Source: Eledone cirrhosa
Lineage: Eukaryota
Length of the DNA: 64,000 nt
Direction of reading: 5' to 3'
Assembly: GCA_964016885.1 (NCBI GenBank)
Contig: OZ024740.1
Location: forward strand, 190,836,001-190,900,000
In this document: in pieces, positions 27,706 to 41,633 of the stretch
How the letters are laid out: each line of letters opens with the position of its first letter
How positions within the stretch are numbered: the stretch's first letter is position 1
The notes under the pieces: model-generated
Database searches by the model: none
Seen by the model: the letters and a program-made list of their open reading frames with translations, nothing else
What the model was told of the DNA's origin: nothing
Translations under genes and position numbers: made by a program

Positions 27706-28875
27706 GTAATATTTTTAGTGATTTAGGTTGTCTTTTGTATTAGGTTATATATAAATATATATATATATATTTAACATATGAAATAAGGATGTTTCCCATG
27801 AAATGATTTTGTTACAAACAAATGTTACATATATTTCACTGATGATTGGCTCGAAGTCTTTACCGTTGTGATAGACATATTCCAAATATTAACCTGACCA
27901 GCGGACATGTGAAATCAAATCAAAATATATTCTTTGTCATCTATTTTCATTATTCTTCCACAATATATACACTCTCTTATAACATCGAATCAAGATGATG
28001 GTGCAACATCATGTGAACAATACATTTACAGATTAAAACTCACTGTATGTATATAGATTTCATTCCTGTCCAATTATAAATATTATAAATTGATTGGGAA
28101 TTTTAAATTGGGTGAATATATTCAGCGCATTTAATATATAAATATGCGAACTTCCACTATCCCCTTGTAAACTAATTTCGATGTTATTAGCGACCATGCT
28201 GGGAGTTAATTTTGAAAATAGTATTATATTAGATTAGCGGCCGGAGTATGATATGAAATTATATCTGTTTATATGGAGTAATGATGTAACCCAGACCTCA
28301 TGAAAAAGTATGTAAAGCTACAAATTCAGTGTGGGGAATGTACAATTGAAATCCTGTTAAATTTCTTTAAATTTGAGAAATGTAAAATATCTTAACGATT
28401 TTGGTTATTATCTGTAAAATATTCTACGTTGATTTGGGTTATCATCAGTTGTCAATATCAGTTAAATAACTGCAATAAAATATGTAACAGAGGAGATTGT
28501 ATGGACTATGTATTATATGAAAATATATGATATGCAAGTAATGATGTATACATTATATCCGCTTGTATTCGATTGGATTCATACAAAATATAATAGGGCC
28601 TTTAATTATGTATTGTCAATCGGTTCTTTAGCTGATATACGTATCGTATGAGAAAAACACAAACAGTTTCATAAAATAAAAACAACGTATATCATATTCT
28701 TTATTTATACGAGAAGGCCCGAAATTATCATGCTTGTAACTGTAAATATTCAATATGGAACAAAATATACAGACTCACATATTCATATTCACGCAGAATC
28801 GATTAAATCCATACTCTAGATAAATAAATACATAAACATATATACATACATCCGTATACGTGTGTGTATATATAC

Positions 28876-28906
<31 letters not shown>

Positions 28907-28909
28907 GCG

Positions 28910-28940
<31 letters not shown>

Positions 28941-28964
28941 AGTGTGTTTGTTTGTTGAAATACA

Positions 28965-29063
<99 letters not shown>

Positions 29064-29319
29064 ATATACATAAAGAAAACGTTGAAATTGATCTACGTTA
29101 TCGAGATATGTTTATATAAGTCTGTTACTATTGATTGGTCAATATATCGATTTATCATAATCAATCAACTTTCTGAAATGATCGTAAAACAATGAATTGA
29201 TTAAACAGTAAACTTCACCTTGTTTTATGTGTTCGACACACAAACAATAACACCGACGCACTAAGACAGGTACACACACAAATACATTATTAGATACATA
29301 CATACTTACATAGATACAT

Positions 29320-29402
<83 letters not shown>

Positions 29403-29540
29403 TGTATATGTATACATATATATATATAAAGAATTAGTATATCTACCAACATATATATACAGATGCATACCTATGCTAGCAAATATATAGGTTTTGTCTT
29501 AGTAACTTTGTGGTTCAATGCAAGGGAAGGTAGAACAATT

Positions 29541-29758
29541 ATATGAATGACGTAAAATAAAAAAAAATTATAAGAATTAACTTACTTACTAAAATTTCAC
29601 TCCAACAAATTAGTATCTGAAAGGGAATAAACATGGTTTCCAAATGGAAAGAATGTAGAAGAAATTGGAAAGCATGTTTATTCCCTTTCAGAAACTAATT
29701 AGCTGGAGTGAAATTTTAGTAAGTAATTTAATTTTTATAATTTTCTCATTTTACGTCA

Positions 29759-29765
<7 letters not shown>
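29541..29765. repeat. Fold-back inverted repeat of pLTR 3' end, about 100-bp arms and 20-nt spacer
   Basis: ATGAATGACGTAAAAT..CATGGTTTCCAA / TTGGAAAGCATG..ATTTTACGTCATTCAT. Related to 29821-29905 and 30665-30738. Confidence 0.9.
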
Positions 29766-29825
<60 letters not shown>

Positions 29826-29872
29826 GACGTAAATAAGAAAGTTATGAAAATGGACTTACTTACTAAAATTTC

Positions 29873-29949
29873 ACTCCAACTAATTAGTTTCTGTAAGGGG
29901 ATAAATACAGTTACGTCACCTGTAGAGATGCCTTACGTCATCAGGGAGT
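29873..29949 (-). ncRNA. Type I HHR, intact core
   Basis: Reverse strand ACTCC-CTGATGA-cGTAAGG...CCTTACa-GAAAC TAATTA GTT-GGAGT: 5-bp stem I, palindromic stem III, GUU site. A decayed inverted copy lies at about 30606-30686 (+). Confidence 0.8.
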
Positions 29950-30230
29950 CTATTATCAGCTAAGCCACCAGGCAATGCGAGGACACTGGAAGCTTATATA
30001 ACAATAATTCAGTGGATGGAAAAAAGCGAAAAAATCGAGCGGGGCTCTAGATTCTAAGCACTGAAAAATTCGCTGCCTCCTTGGTCAAGTGGCAAATTCA
30101 AAAGAATTAATTACGTGACACTGAGGTTAACCAGCTTGGAGTGGGGGTGGTATTAAGACAGAGCCTAGCTACTACTATCAGTCACAGTAGTAATTTGGCA
30201 AATTTTGCTCAACAAATAATTTGGAGTAGA

Positions 30231-30298
30231 ATATAAAGAATTAATATATCTACCGACATATGTATACATATGTCGGTAGATATATTAATTCTTTATAT
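30231..30298. repeat. Perfect 68-bp palindrome
   Basis: ATATAAAGAATTAATATATCTACCGACATATGTA is followed directly by its exact reverse complement. Confidence 0.95.
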
Positions 30299-30325
30299 AT
30301 TTTTATATATATATCTGTTATTTTA

Positions 30326-30499
<174 letters not shown>

Positions 30500-30769
30500 C
30501 AATGGCTAGGAATTCAGTCCACGCTTTGCTATTTCCTATTCGCTGATTTATTTTTTAATAAGCTTCCAGAGTCCTCGCTTTGCCTGGAAATTTATATGAG
30601 AATAGACTTTCCTTATGACGGGATGCTTCTCCACACCTTCTTCGGAAGATGTATTTACTCCACTCCAGAAACTAATTAGTTGGAAGTGATATTTTAGTAA
30701 GTAAGTTAATTTTATAATTTTCTTATTTTACGTCTCTTATATATATATATATATATATGTATTTCTTGT

Positions 30770-30945
30770 ACGACAACAACATATACCAGAGTGTTATGTT
30801 CGTGGACGCTACCCCTGGAGGGAAATTAACTAACCAGTGTAAAAAGGGTCTGAGAAAGACCAACTTAAAAATTAAAGTGGTAGAAAAGCCAGGAACTCCC
30901 ATAAATCCCTGATCAGCAGAACATTCCCTTTTAAGAAAACCCACT
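30770..30945 (+). mobile_element. Penelope-like RT-endonuclease linker fragment
   Basis: Translation YQSVMFVDATPGGKLTNQCKKGLRKTNLKIKVVEKPGTP(frameshift)KSLISRTFPF resembles the FVPxTPGG..IKVVExxG linker of PLE ORFs. Confidence 0.7.
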
Positions 30946-31582
30946 ATACTAATAGGAAATGTGTGTGAGACTCAGTTTTAGAAGATACCGTTAAGGGTCA
31001 AAGCAGCGATTCTTTGCTTAAACATTAATCTGTTACTTTAATAAATATTTGCTCGGTGGTTTTATATATTCTTTTATATATATTATACTTATCGAGCCCT
31101 CTTCGGATATATGTCATTACATTTATTAATGTTACATATATATATATTAGGATTGGTGCTCTGATATAGCGATGTATATATGATTGGCAATATACCGTAT
31201 GTTTAATGAAAAACATTTAGAAGACCATACGCTATTAATTGTAAAGTTGTGACTATGACACTTAAATCTTTTCGGCGAAAGAAGGAAGAGAAGATGACAG
31301 TCAACTTGACGCTGGCTGGCGTTCATCAGATCCACGTTCTGCATTGCTTTCACCGAAAATTATAGAAGCTGGATTCTTATAGAATTCCAGTAATTATCAG
31401 GAGCTGATTATAGAGAGCGATTGACAGTCCAGCAAAAAATAGGTATTAGGATTGGTGCTCTGAAATAGCGATGTATACAAGAATGTATGATCTCCATGTA
31501 AGCAGACTGGCTGATCACTCACATTAATCACATATATTATTTAATTAGAAAGTGAACTACACGAAATATATATATATATGCA

Positions 31583-31619
<37 letters not shown>

Positions 31620-31625
<6 letters not shown>

Positions 31626-32410
31626 CGAGGTCTAGGAAATAGAGAAAAAGTTTTAAAATACATTTTAAAAAATTCGCTGTACTTACTATATGTGCCTTTA
31701 CGGCGGTTTCATGCTACAGAATAAACGGAAAATCCAAGCGGATTTCCATTGAGAAGGGAGAAATCTCCAGATGGCTCTTCTCCCTCGGAAAATATAAAAT
31801 TCCCGAGTTCAAATCACAAACTGACGCAATACAAAACCATTACCAAATGAGAGCGGATGATGAAAGAAATAATTATGTATGGTGCCGTGTGCAAAGAAAA
31901 ATGGCAGGGTTGACAGGTCAATGTTCTGACACTATAAATAGCAGCAGTCTAAACGGCTAAAAAATTTTCTCTACCCTAGGGGGAGATCAGTAATAATAAA
32001 GTATGAATTCCTACGTGCAAAAAATACATATAGGTAAACAAGTATTATCCAACCGTAAGCCAATGTGGTTCTATGGCGGATTAATGTATTAACAAGCCAG
32101 AACATATAAAATCGAGGTCTAGCAAATAGAGAAAAAGTTTTAAAATACATTTTTTAAAATTCGCTGTACTTACTATATGTGCCTTTACCGCGCTTTCATG
32201 CTGCAGAATAAACGGAAAATCCATGCGGATTTCTATTGAGAAGGGAGCAATCTTCAGAAGGCTTTTCTCCCTTGGAGAATATAAAATTCCCGAGTTCAAA
32301 TCACAAACTGACGCCATACAAAATCATTCCCAAATGAGAGCGGATGATGAAAGAAATAATTGTGTCTGGTGCCGTGTGCAAAGACAAAAGGCAGGGTGGA
32401 CAGGTCAATG
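31620..32410 (-). mobile_element. Retrozyme/pLTR-like tandem repeat (487-nt period, about 1.6 copies) with two HHRs
   Basis: 31620-31923 is repeated at 32107-32410. HHRs at 31694-31775 and 32181-32262. Confidence 0.75.
32181..32262 (-). ncRNA. Type I HHR (tandem copy 2)
   Basis: Reverse strand GCCTT-CTGAAGA-tTGCT...AGCAt-GAAAG CGCG GTA-AAGGC. Copy 1 reads GCCAT-CTGGAGA...GAAAC CGCC GTA-AAGGC. The consensus has palindromic ACCGCGGT stem III and a GUA site. Confidence 0.75.
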
Positions 32411-33252
32411 ACGGCTATTTCTGGACTGCAATAGCCGTCGAGAGGGCTTGAGCTCTGCCGTCGGGGTCATACATTTTCCTATTACCCATTCTACTACATT
32501 AAGTATTGTGTATATATATATATATATATATATGCTTATTCCTATAACGTGTATGCGTGCTGTTGTATATATGTATTTAAGTGTGTGGTTAACTGCGTGT
32601 GTTCATTTGTAATTGTGCATGCTCTTAGCTGCTTAACATTTCTTGAGCACTCCCTCCTGTTCAGCACTTATCATATATTACACCTTGAACACTCGTTCTT
32701 ACTTTAAACACTATCGACCTTTTCACCACATTCAACACTTATACTTACACCTATTTTATTCGTTTCTTCTTTTCCCTTACATTTACCTTGAACAATACCT
32801 CTTATTTTATTTTACTTTATTTTATACTTATTTTATAAATCATTCACTTCTTGACTTCATCTTTTCTGAACAACGTCTCTTATTTTACCACCTTCGGCCT
32901 TTATTACATTCTTTCAACCACAAAATATATTAATATATTTATAAATATTCATATATTTTTAATGTTCTGTTCTATATATGGAGCACTCCTCTTTTCCTTT
33001 GCTTTCTCTGAGGAACCATCTACCACATTTATTTGTTATGTTCTTTATAAATAGGCTGTCTATTTATATGTGTGAGCATGTGTGCATGTGTATGTATATG
33101 TACATATCTATCTCTCTATATATATAGTAATAATAATAAATTTGAAGACTAAAATCCAAAGAGGGCTCGATAAGGATAAACCAAATATATAAGAACCGTA
33201 GAGCAAATTAAGGGTGAAAGCAGCGATTCTTTGCTCAATCTTTAATCTGTTA

Positions 33253-33384
<132 letters not shown>

Positions 33385-33478
33385 AATATGTGTGTGTATA
33401 TGTATGTGTGTAAATATATATATATATGTATGTATATTCATATGTGTATATGTATGTATTTGTGTATGTATGTATGTA

Positions 33479-33596
<118 letters not shown>

Positions 33597-33998
33597 AGTG
33601 TGTGTTAATATATATGTGTCTGTGCGTCTCTCAGTGTGTACGAAGGTTTAGGCAAAGGTGACACTAAATACATTAAATTGACTGATGCACGTTTTCCTAC
33701 TGCTAATGTAATGAAGAGTTAATTGCATTCAGATTAGCTGATCAGTGTCGCTTACATACAAATAATTTTCCATACATGTTTTAATATCCCATTGGGTATA
33801 AGCGAGATAATAAATATTACATTTTATATATCATAGGGGAAACTTTAATATTTAAGCCAAAAATATTAATTATAATGTATAAAATATTCAATTTTGTTCA
33901 GGAACTATAGTTATTTCATTATCTACAACGTATCGTTACAACAAGGTTAACATACAATAGAGATATATCTATTCCAAAGACAATTATAATGTATAGTA

Positions 33999-34350
33999 TG
34001 GAGGCACATGGCTTAGTGGTTAGAGCATTGGCCTGGCAATCGACAGGTTGTGAGTTCCATTCTGAGACCTGGTGATGTGTTGTTTCCTTGAGCAAGAAAC
34101 TTTATTTCACATTGCTCCTGTTTACTCAGCTGTAGAAATGAGATGATAGGGACTGGGGTCCATATCATTCCACTGCAAAGTGGTCGTGGAGGTGCCACGG
34201 AAAAAAAGCACACAGCACTCACTGTAAATGAGTTGGGTTTTAGGAAGGGCATCCAGCTGTAGAAATCAAGCCAGAATCAGTTCCCGTCCCAGCCTTTCGA
34301 GCGAGGAAATAGCGGACGTAAAACGAAATGTTGAAGATGATGATGATTAT
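33999..34350 (+). mobile_element. Full-length tRNA-derived SINE (family S2)
   Basis: A-box TGGCTTAGTGG, B-box-like GAGTTCCATTC, body TCCTTGAGCAAGAAACTTTATTTCACATTGCTCC, tail TTAGGAAGGGCATCCAGCTGTAGAAA..(GAT)n. Confidence 0.8.
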
Positions 34351-34419
34351 GACATCAAAATGAAGTTGAAAAGAAAATACCTTCAGAACATATTAAACTA
34401 GACCTGAAAAATTCGCAAG

Positions 34420-34811
34420 CTCAAAAGAGGCACAGAATGTTATAATAAACCTTCAAAAGACTAGAGTTGTTGCTAAGAAATATTGTAACCATTATCTAAC
34501 GTACACTCTATGGCATCCTTTTATAAAAAAGAAACTCATAACGAACTCAAGACGACACGATAATTATTTAAGCTAATGTTCAATATCCCATATTCGATGT
34601 TTAGTAATGATTAATACGAAAGGCACTTAAACCGAATTCTATATTGTAAATTCACTTAAATAATAATCGTATAGTCTTGAGTTCGTTATGAATCTCTTTT
34701 TATAAAAGGATGCCATACGTGTACGATAGATAATGATTACAATATTTTTGAGCAACAACTCTAGTCCCACACTTTTGAAGGTTTATTATAACAGTCTGTG
34801 GCTATTTTGAG
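34420..34811. repeat. Inverted repeat, about 150-bp arms (34420-34571 and 34657-34811), MITE-like or fold-back
   Basis: TGTTATAATAAACCTTCAAAAG..TATGGCATCCTTTTATAAAAA..ATAACGAACTCAAGAC and its reverse complement. Confidence 0.85.
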
Positions 34812-36639
34812 GCAACGCTTGTAATAACTCTAGTTAAAGATGATATATATTAATAATAAATTATCGTCGTAATTTAATTAGATTATATAATTCTTATTTT
34901 ATAAATGATCTTATAAATATTATTGTAAGACGTATAAAAATATGTTTAGACTTTTAATATAAACAACTACAAAAAATAATCAATATTAAGTAAATATATT
35001 TTACATAATAATTGTTAAATTAATACAAATTAAATATTACATACAAACAGTCTAACATAATAATAACAAAAATAATCTAACATAATAATAATAAAATAAT
35101 CTAACATATAAGGAACAATAATATGGACATATATACAAGAAAATATGATACAACCAATATTATAAGCATGTTATAACGAACTGAAATAAAAATAGTGAAT
35201 ATACATTTTAAAAATCATATATAAATTAACAATATAACTTACCAAAACGAGAAAAATATGTTGATGATAAAACAACGAAAAACAGGAGGAAGATTCGAAA
35301 GCGAAACAATAAATGAACGTGCAAACAAAGTGGCGGATTCTTTTCAGCAACAGTTACTCATTAGCCAATTATGATGAAATTAGCCTATAAGACGATACAT
35401 TACAAACGATGTTTGGCAGGAATCATCACGACCTGCGAAACCCATTGATTTGTTTTATTCACAAGCTACGCATACATGTCAGACATGCAGACTTAAAACA
35501 TTATGTTGCTAGTCACTGCGTGTCTAACAGATGCATGTCAAAAATAATTAGATTAATCTGTAAACAACAACTATTTAGTGACATACAAAATTTCATTGAA
35601 TTAATCATATCAAGCCAATGGGAATATCTACATTAAAATAAGTATGCGAATAAATCATAAGTAGGATTGCAATATGACGATATAAACAATACAAAAGTAA
35701 TAATTCGTACTTGTTTATAGAAAAAAAAGATTCCATTTAATTTATGGGGAAATAATGATTATATTATAAAATGGTTCATTAACTGAGATGATATTAAGAA
35801 TATCATTCTTTTAACAATTTGATATTATTTTGTATCACTGCTTCTTATCATCTTATACAAAGCACTAATATTGGCCTTGAATCTATGTGACATTACTAGA
35901 CAGGAACTTCATATTGTCTAGGCAGCCAGGCGCAATGTTCAAGAATTTGTTGGCAGCCTTTGGACGGGGAAAATCGGTGCAAATAATGTTGACATTATCA
36001 TGGGTTTCAGAGACTCGGCATAGATCACGGACCTTGCTTGTTTATTTCTCCTAAATGAATTAACTAGTGATATTCTCTTGCATAGAAGATCTCAATATAG
36101 GGCCGGTGTTATTTTTACATTTAGATATATTGACTAGAACACCCGTGACCCGTGGTGTTACGTTACCTTCAAAATATTTTTTTAAAATAATATTCACTTA
36201 AAATTAATTTTTGAATAATTAAAATATACACATACATGTATATAATGGGAAATGAAACTGGAAGGCCCACATATATACTTGTGTGTATGTATATATATAT
36301 AAGTGTGTGTATATACATGTATGTGTATATACATATGGGTGTCTTTGATCCATATATATACTGGTGTTACACACACACACTCATATATATATATATATAT
36401 ATATACAACAACAACAATGGCTCTCTCTCTTTCTCTCTCTCTGTTTATGAAGGTGCAGGAACACGTCCTCCGTTTCACGTGAAACTTGTTTTATTATATT
36501 TGTATTCCCATTTCAGGGTCAACTTCCTTAAAAGTATTTGTTCTATGATGCACGCTGTTGGTGGTATTATATTAGAGGCAAGGAAGGAAGCAACCAATCA
36601 CAGAGTTTTAATAGTATATAGATAGATAACTGCAATTGA

Positions 36640-36960
36640 GCGAGTTAAACTTCGGCTGTGCACATTCTCTAAAACCTATAGCTTAAGTATAATGATCGAT
36701 ACTCATAGAAAGGTAGTTAATTTCTTGGATGTCACACCAGATTTCGATACTAAATATTTAGACCTTAAGATAAACCTGCATAATTTATATAATATGTACG
36801 TTAGAATTCAAACAAACTCTAGTCCATTATTCATTTGTATGGATGAATATCTATATGTTCAGCGAAATAAGTTATATTTGACCTGAATGCACAATACTAT
36901 AAGTTGTTACTAGATAAGAATATACTGAGAAAATATACTTCAACCCAACTAAAAGGGTTG
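36640..36960 (+). mobile_element. Highly decayed Penelope-like RT thumb fragment
   Basis: Translation KVVNFLDVTPDFDTKY resembles the PLE VNFLDVTxDL motif (compare ANLLDVSLNLD at about 43410). Confidence 0.45.
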
Positions 36961-37715
36961 TTTATAATATCATTACCGAAAAAGATATTTCCATATCTCC
37001 TCTGAATAGGCGTAACGTGAATAGAAAAAGCAAAGTTAATGTTTTAAATAACAACGAGAGAATCAATGACAATCAAATGTGGTTATTGAATGTAATCAAA
37101 TTGCAAGCCTAATTTCCAATAATTGATCTGTTACTGTCTAAAATAAATTTGATAAATAAATAAAACAATGTGCGTCAAATATATAAATATGTTCTAAAAG
37201 GGTCACGGCAAGAACATATTTGATAATAAATGAACAAAAATGATACATAATAATCAGTTTTAATCTATTTCACAAGGCATCGCGAGAAATGTCGATTGTG
37301 TCGCTCTCATAATAAATTATCTGGTATATATTTCATCTCTTCCCCAGAGATGAGACTCAAATTGAATCTTGGCAGGCTTTCAGTTTAGAAACTACAGACA
37401 CATAATTAAATGCTTCATGGCCTTTCTACATGGATCGGAAAATTCTGACAAATGCCGCCTCACAACAAGTATAAGTATAGCAATACATTTTATCGACACA
37501 AGACTATATATTGTAGAATAAGAAATAATCCATTAACCAGTGTCTAGTACGAAAATGCTATGAATGTTTGGTCCCTGAAAAAACGAATAACAAAATCGAT
37601 CAAGGGATATTTTGAATTTAGAACATACAGGAACGTAAAAACTCGCAATACTTGTTCCCCCGTGTAATCACGAGCATTCCTTCAAGAAAGGAACAGGCGT
37701 TTATATTCATAATCT

Positions 37716-37762
<47 letters not shown>

Positions 37763-38332
37763 CATCGGAGGTGTGTTGCAGAAGTAGCACTATGCATGTG
37801 GTTCCAGTTTCAAAGTTATATAAGATTTTCAGTTTCCGAAGTTAGGTCGGAATATTGGAATAATTAATCTCAGCTAGAAAGTGAATCCGCTGAGTATATA
37901 TCTATATTTATAAACTCCGATTAGGGAAAATGCGTATATTTGCAATTGTTATGTCCCAAGATGAAATTTCTATTATGCGAATGACTTGTGTTTTATTGTA
38001 CGTAAGTATTTCCACTCACTAATTTTGCAATATCACTTGACTAATGATATTAAAAAAAATTATATTTTGACAATTCCCTAATTATTTTAGAGAAGAACAT
38101 TAACAAAGATACTTATCGAAAAGCTAAAATAATAGAAATTAACATCAAAAGTAACATACAATTTGTGTACGTATATAGGCGTGAGAAATAGAAACAGTAG
38201 GAGAAAATAGAGGGAATAATTGTCATATATTGAGGAACGTTGTCAAGCAGAAACTGAATAAGTACTGGAAACCTGTCTGAAAAATGTGTCACTGACTACG
38301 GAAATTAAGAGACACACAAAAAACTTATATTT

Positions 38333-38389
<57 letters not shown>

Positions 38390-38390
<1 letters not shown>

Positions 38391-38487
38391 GTGGGAAAGT
38401 AAAAAATCGGAGAATAGACCGTTAAAACATGTTTATTTAAATAAACATGTATTAACGGTCTATTCTCCGATTTTTTACTTTCCCACG
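38390..38487. repeat. Near-perfect spacerless palindrome (about 48-bp arms)
   Basis: CGTGGGAAAGTAAAAAATCGGAGAATAGACCGTTAA..TTAACGGTCTATTCTCCGATTTTTTACTTTCCCACG, directly after a (TA)n tract. Confidence 0.92.
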
Positions 38488-38867
38488 GGCTTACGCTAAC
38501 TCTCTAGCCCACTAGATATTAACACTTCGAATATTTAATACTGCCTGCACTAGTATCGAGCACCTTTGGCATACGCTACTTGGCAAATAACTATATGTAT
38601 CACCTATCCTCCCATTTTTTTTATTTTTCTCGATACGTAAATACTGTATATATATATATATATATATATTTATTCAGGTTTGAGGTTCACCACTGGATAG
38701 AGCTGGTCAATTCCGTGTGGTCAATCGCAATGCAATAATATAGAGAGTACTCAACGTAAAGCAGTTCAACCGTCTTTGTTTTTGTAGTTGGTGGTGCTAT
38801 TACGGAGTTAAATATTATAATTAAATGACAGGATGCTGGATTTGTGTAAATCCATGAAAGGTTTATT

Positions 38868-38925
38868 ATACTATGATCATTTCAATGACCGGGTTCTGTA
38901 TGAATCCGGTGATATCATCAGGTAT
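38868..38925 (-). ncRNA. Type I HHR
   Basis: Reverse strand ATAC-CTGATGA-tatcACCGG..CCGGTcatt-GAAA TGATCA TA-GTAT, palindromic ATGATCAT stem III, AUA site, then AATAAA. Confidence 0.75.
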
Positions 38926-41451
38926 TCGAAATAAAATAAATGAATGTAATAGATGAAATCAATGGGGTTGAAAATCACAGACCCGAGGGTGACCGCCATC
39001 CAGCAACTTCTACCTTAGCCGGTCGCCTTCGAGTGACGTGGCTAAAACTTACAGTGTGCTACTACCGGTCAAATAAAGGAAAACAGAAAGGGATAGGAAC
39101 ATAAGTTAGCGTTAATATCATGCCACAAGAAAAAAGAAAGAAGAGAGAAGAAGGGGGAAGGAAGAACAAGAGAAGCCAGCGTTAATGCCAGCTATAAGAA
39201 GAAAGAGAGAAAGCAAGAGGAGGAACGGTCGGTATTACAGTCAGGCCAGGATTGTCGCGAAAAAAAATGTGTTATTCTAAGGGACCCGTATCATAACAAC
39301 TACTACCGGTCAAATATAGGCAAACAAAAATGGGAAGGAAGATGAGTCAGCGGGAGGAAGACAGAAAGTAGGGAGAAGAGAAGGAAGAAAAGGAAGAAGT
39401 AGAAAAATCAGGGTTGGTGGCTACAATAAGGAAGATAGAAAGTAAGAGGAAGAAAGGTCGATATTAATGTCAGGAATGGCGCCAAAACATTTTTCACAGG
39501 GACCCGTATCTTAGCAGAGGTAAATATAGTGGGGTTCAGTGTGTTATCATGTGTGTGCAGAAGATTGGAACGTTACGTTTTTTGTTTAGAATTATAGGAT
39601 GAAGATAACAATTAATATTTAATATTAAAGAAATTAGAAAATTTAACATTTTTAAGGTTGCGAGGTTTAAGCAAAGAAAGAGACTTTTATGAAGACGCTT
39701 AAATGTTATTATATAGTAAAGATTATGTCTTTGTTTAGCCGTCAAACAGCATGCGGCGACGACAAGCTAGGGCAGCCTATCATTCCGAGTGATATCGCCT
39801 AGCGAACGATATGGAAATCGATTTTTCCGAGCACTCTAGGAATGTATAACAGGCTTCAGTTGCGCCAGCCTGAAGTCATCCCGCATCGTTAGGCCATTCT
39901 TGTACAAAACCAGTACTATTCCTTTACCCAGGACGGGGGAGGGGGGTTTAAGTAGAGGGAAGCGTGATATATATAATAGTTCTGATTTGATCTGTAATTT
40001 AAAGATACTATATGGCGGTTAAAAAATCGGCTGCGCGCCGGGCCCCTGGAGCGAATCAAGCCACTCCGAGTAGTTTCATTTACCGAAAGAAGGGGAAATG
40101 TATTTTTTCAAGCACTCAAGGTATGCCTATGCGCCAGGGGGCCGGTCCCGCCGCCAGGAAAACCAACCCAACAGTCCGACAGAAAGTTGGAACGTTAAAA
40201 TATTGTTTAAATTTATAGGATAAAGTTGAAAGAATTCAGAAAAAATTATAAAATTAAAGAGTAAGAAGATTGAGAATTGAACAAACAGAAAATTGAAAAT
40301 TAAACCTTTAAAAAACTTTTTTAAGGTTTTGGGTTGCGTGGTTTAGTTAAAGAGAGTCTTTTATGAAGAAATGTTAATTGTATTATGTAGATCTTCTATA
40401 AGCTATCCTAGTGGGATGTAGAATAAGGGATATATTCGGGTAAAATTTATTTTTGTTCTCAGGGGGAGACATTCTAGTGTCGTGTGCTAATGGGTACAAG
40501 TGAGCAATAGTCCCAATAAGAGGAGTAGAAATGCATGGATACGTAGAAGTGGAATACGTGGAAAAGCACATTAATAAAGCAAAGGTATAAATATATAAAT
40601 ATAAAAATAAACCAACAAGAATGGTGGTGGAGTAAGATGGGGAAATTAAGACATAGTAGAAATATAATATAACTCAGGTTGCAGTATTTATGTTCCCAGG
40701 GGGAGACATTCCAGTGTCGTGTGCACGCAAAAGTCCCAATAAGAGGAGTAGAAATACATGGATGTATAGAATTAGAATACGTGGAAAAAGCATTAATACA
40801 GCAACGGTATAAAGATATAAAGATATAAATAAACAAACAAGAGTGGTGGTGGAGTAAATGGAGAGATCAAGACACAGGAGAAATACAATATAGTTCAAGT
40901 TGCAGTCAGATAATCTATATAGATGTGGAAAAGGAATCAGTGTGTGTTCGAGTCTGAGAATTCAGTGTGAGTTATACATGCCCTGAAGTATAGGGTAGCG
41001 AATTTAGTTAATACAGTGCAGTACAATACATGTTATGGTATAATCCGTAGAATTTCGTCGAAGTCCGAATATTCTGAGAGGGAAGTAGCAATGGAAGTAA
41101 AATTTTGTCGCGACAATTCTGGCCTGACTGTAATACCGACCGTTCCTCCTCTTTCTTTATGTCTTTCTTCTTATAGCTGATATTAACCCTGGCTTCTCTT
41201 CTTCCTTCCCCCTTCTTCTCTCTTCTTTCTTTCTTTCTTTCTTTTTTCTTGTGGCATGATATTAACGCTAACTTATGTTCCTATCCCTTTCTGTTTTCCT
41301 TTATTTGACCGCTACTAGCACACTGTAAGCTTTGGCCACGTCACTCGAGGGCGACCGGCAAAGGAAGAAGATGCTGGAGTACGGTGGCCCTCGGGTCTTT
41401 GATTTTCAGCCCCATTGATTTTATCTATTAAATTTACTTATTATATTTCGA

Positions 41452-41513
41452 ATACCTGATGATATCACCGATTTTCATACGGAACCCGCCGGTCATTGAA
41501 ACGATCATAGTAT
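41452..41513 (+). ncRNA. Type I HHR (inverted partner of 38868-38925)
   Basis: ATAC-CTGATGA-tatcACCG..CGGTcatt-GAAA CGATCA TA-GTAT-AATAAA. Confidence 0.7.
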
Positions 41514-41563
41514 AATAAACCTTTCAAGGATTTACACAAATCCAGCCTCCTGTCATTTAATTA

Positions 41564-41629
<66 letters not shown>

Positions 41630-41633
41630 ATAA

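Larger units (their letters stand above)
38812..41570. mobile_element. Non-coding PLE-related element with about 450-bp inverted, HHR-bearing termini
   Basis: 38812-39262 is the reverse complement of 41105-41570. Internal direct duplications. No recognisable ORF. Confidence 0.75.

Noticed and set aside
33999-34075. tRNA genes at SINE heads (also 50958-51020)
   Set aside because: A/B-box-like motifs are present but there is no complete cloverleaf, and they are SINE heads: the 33999 copy runs into a SINE body and the 50958 copy is truncated beside SINE pieces.
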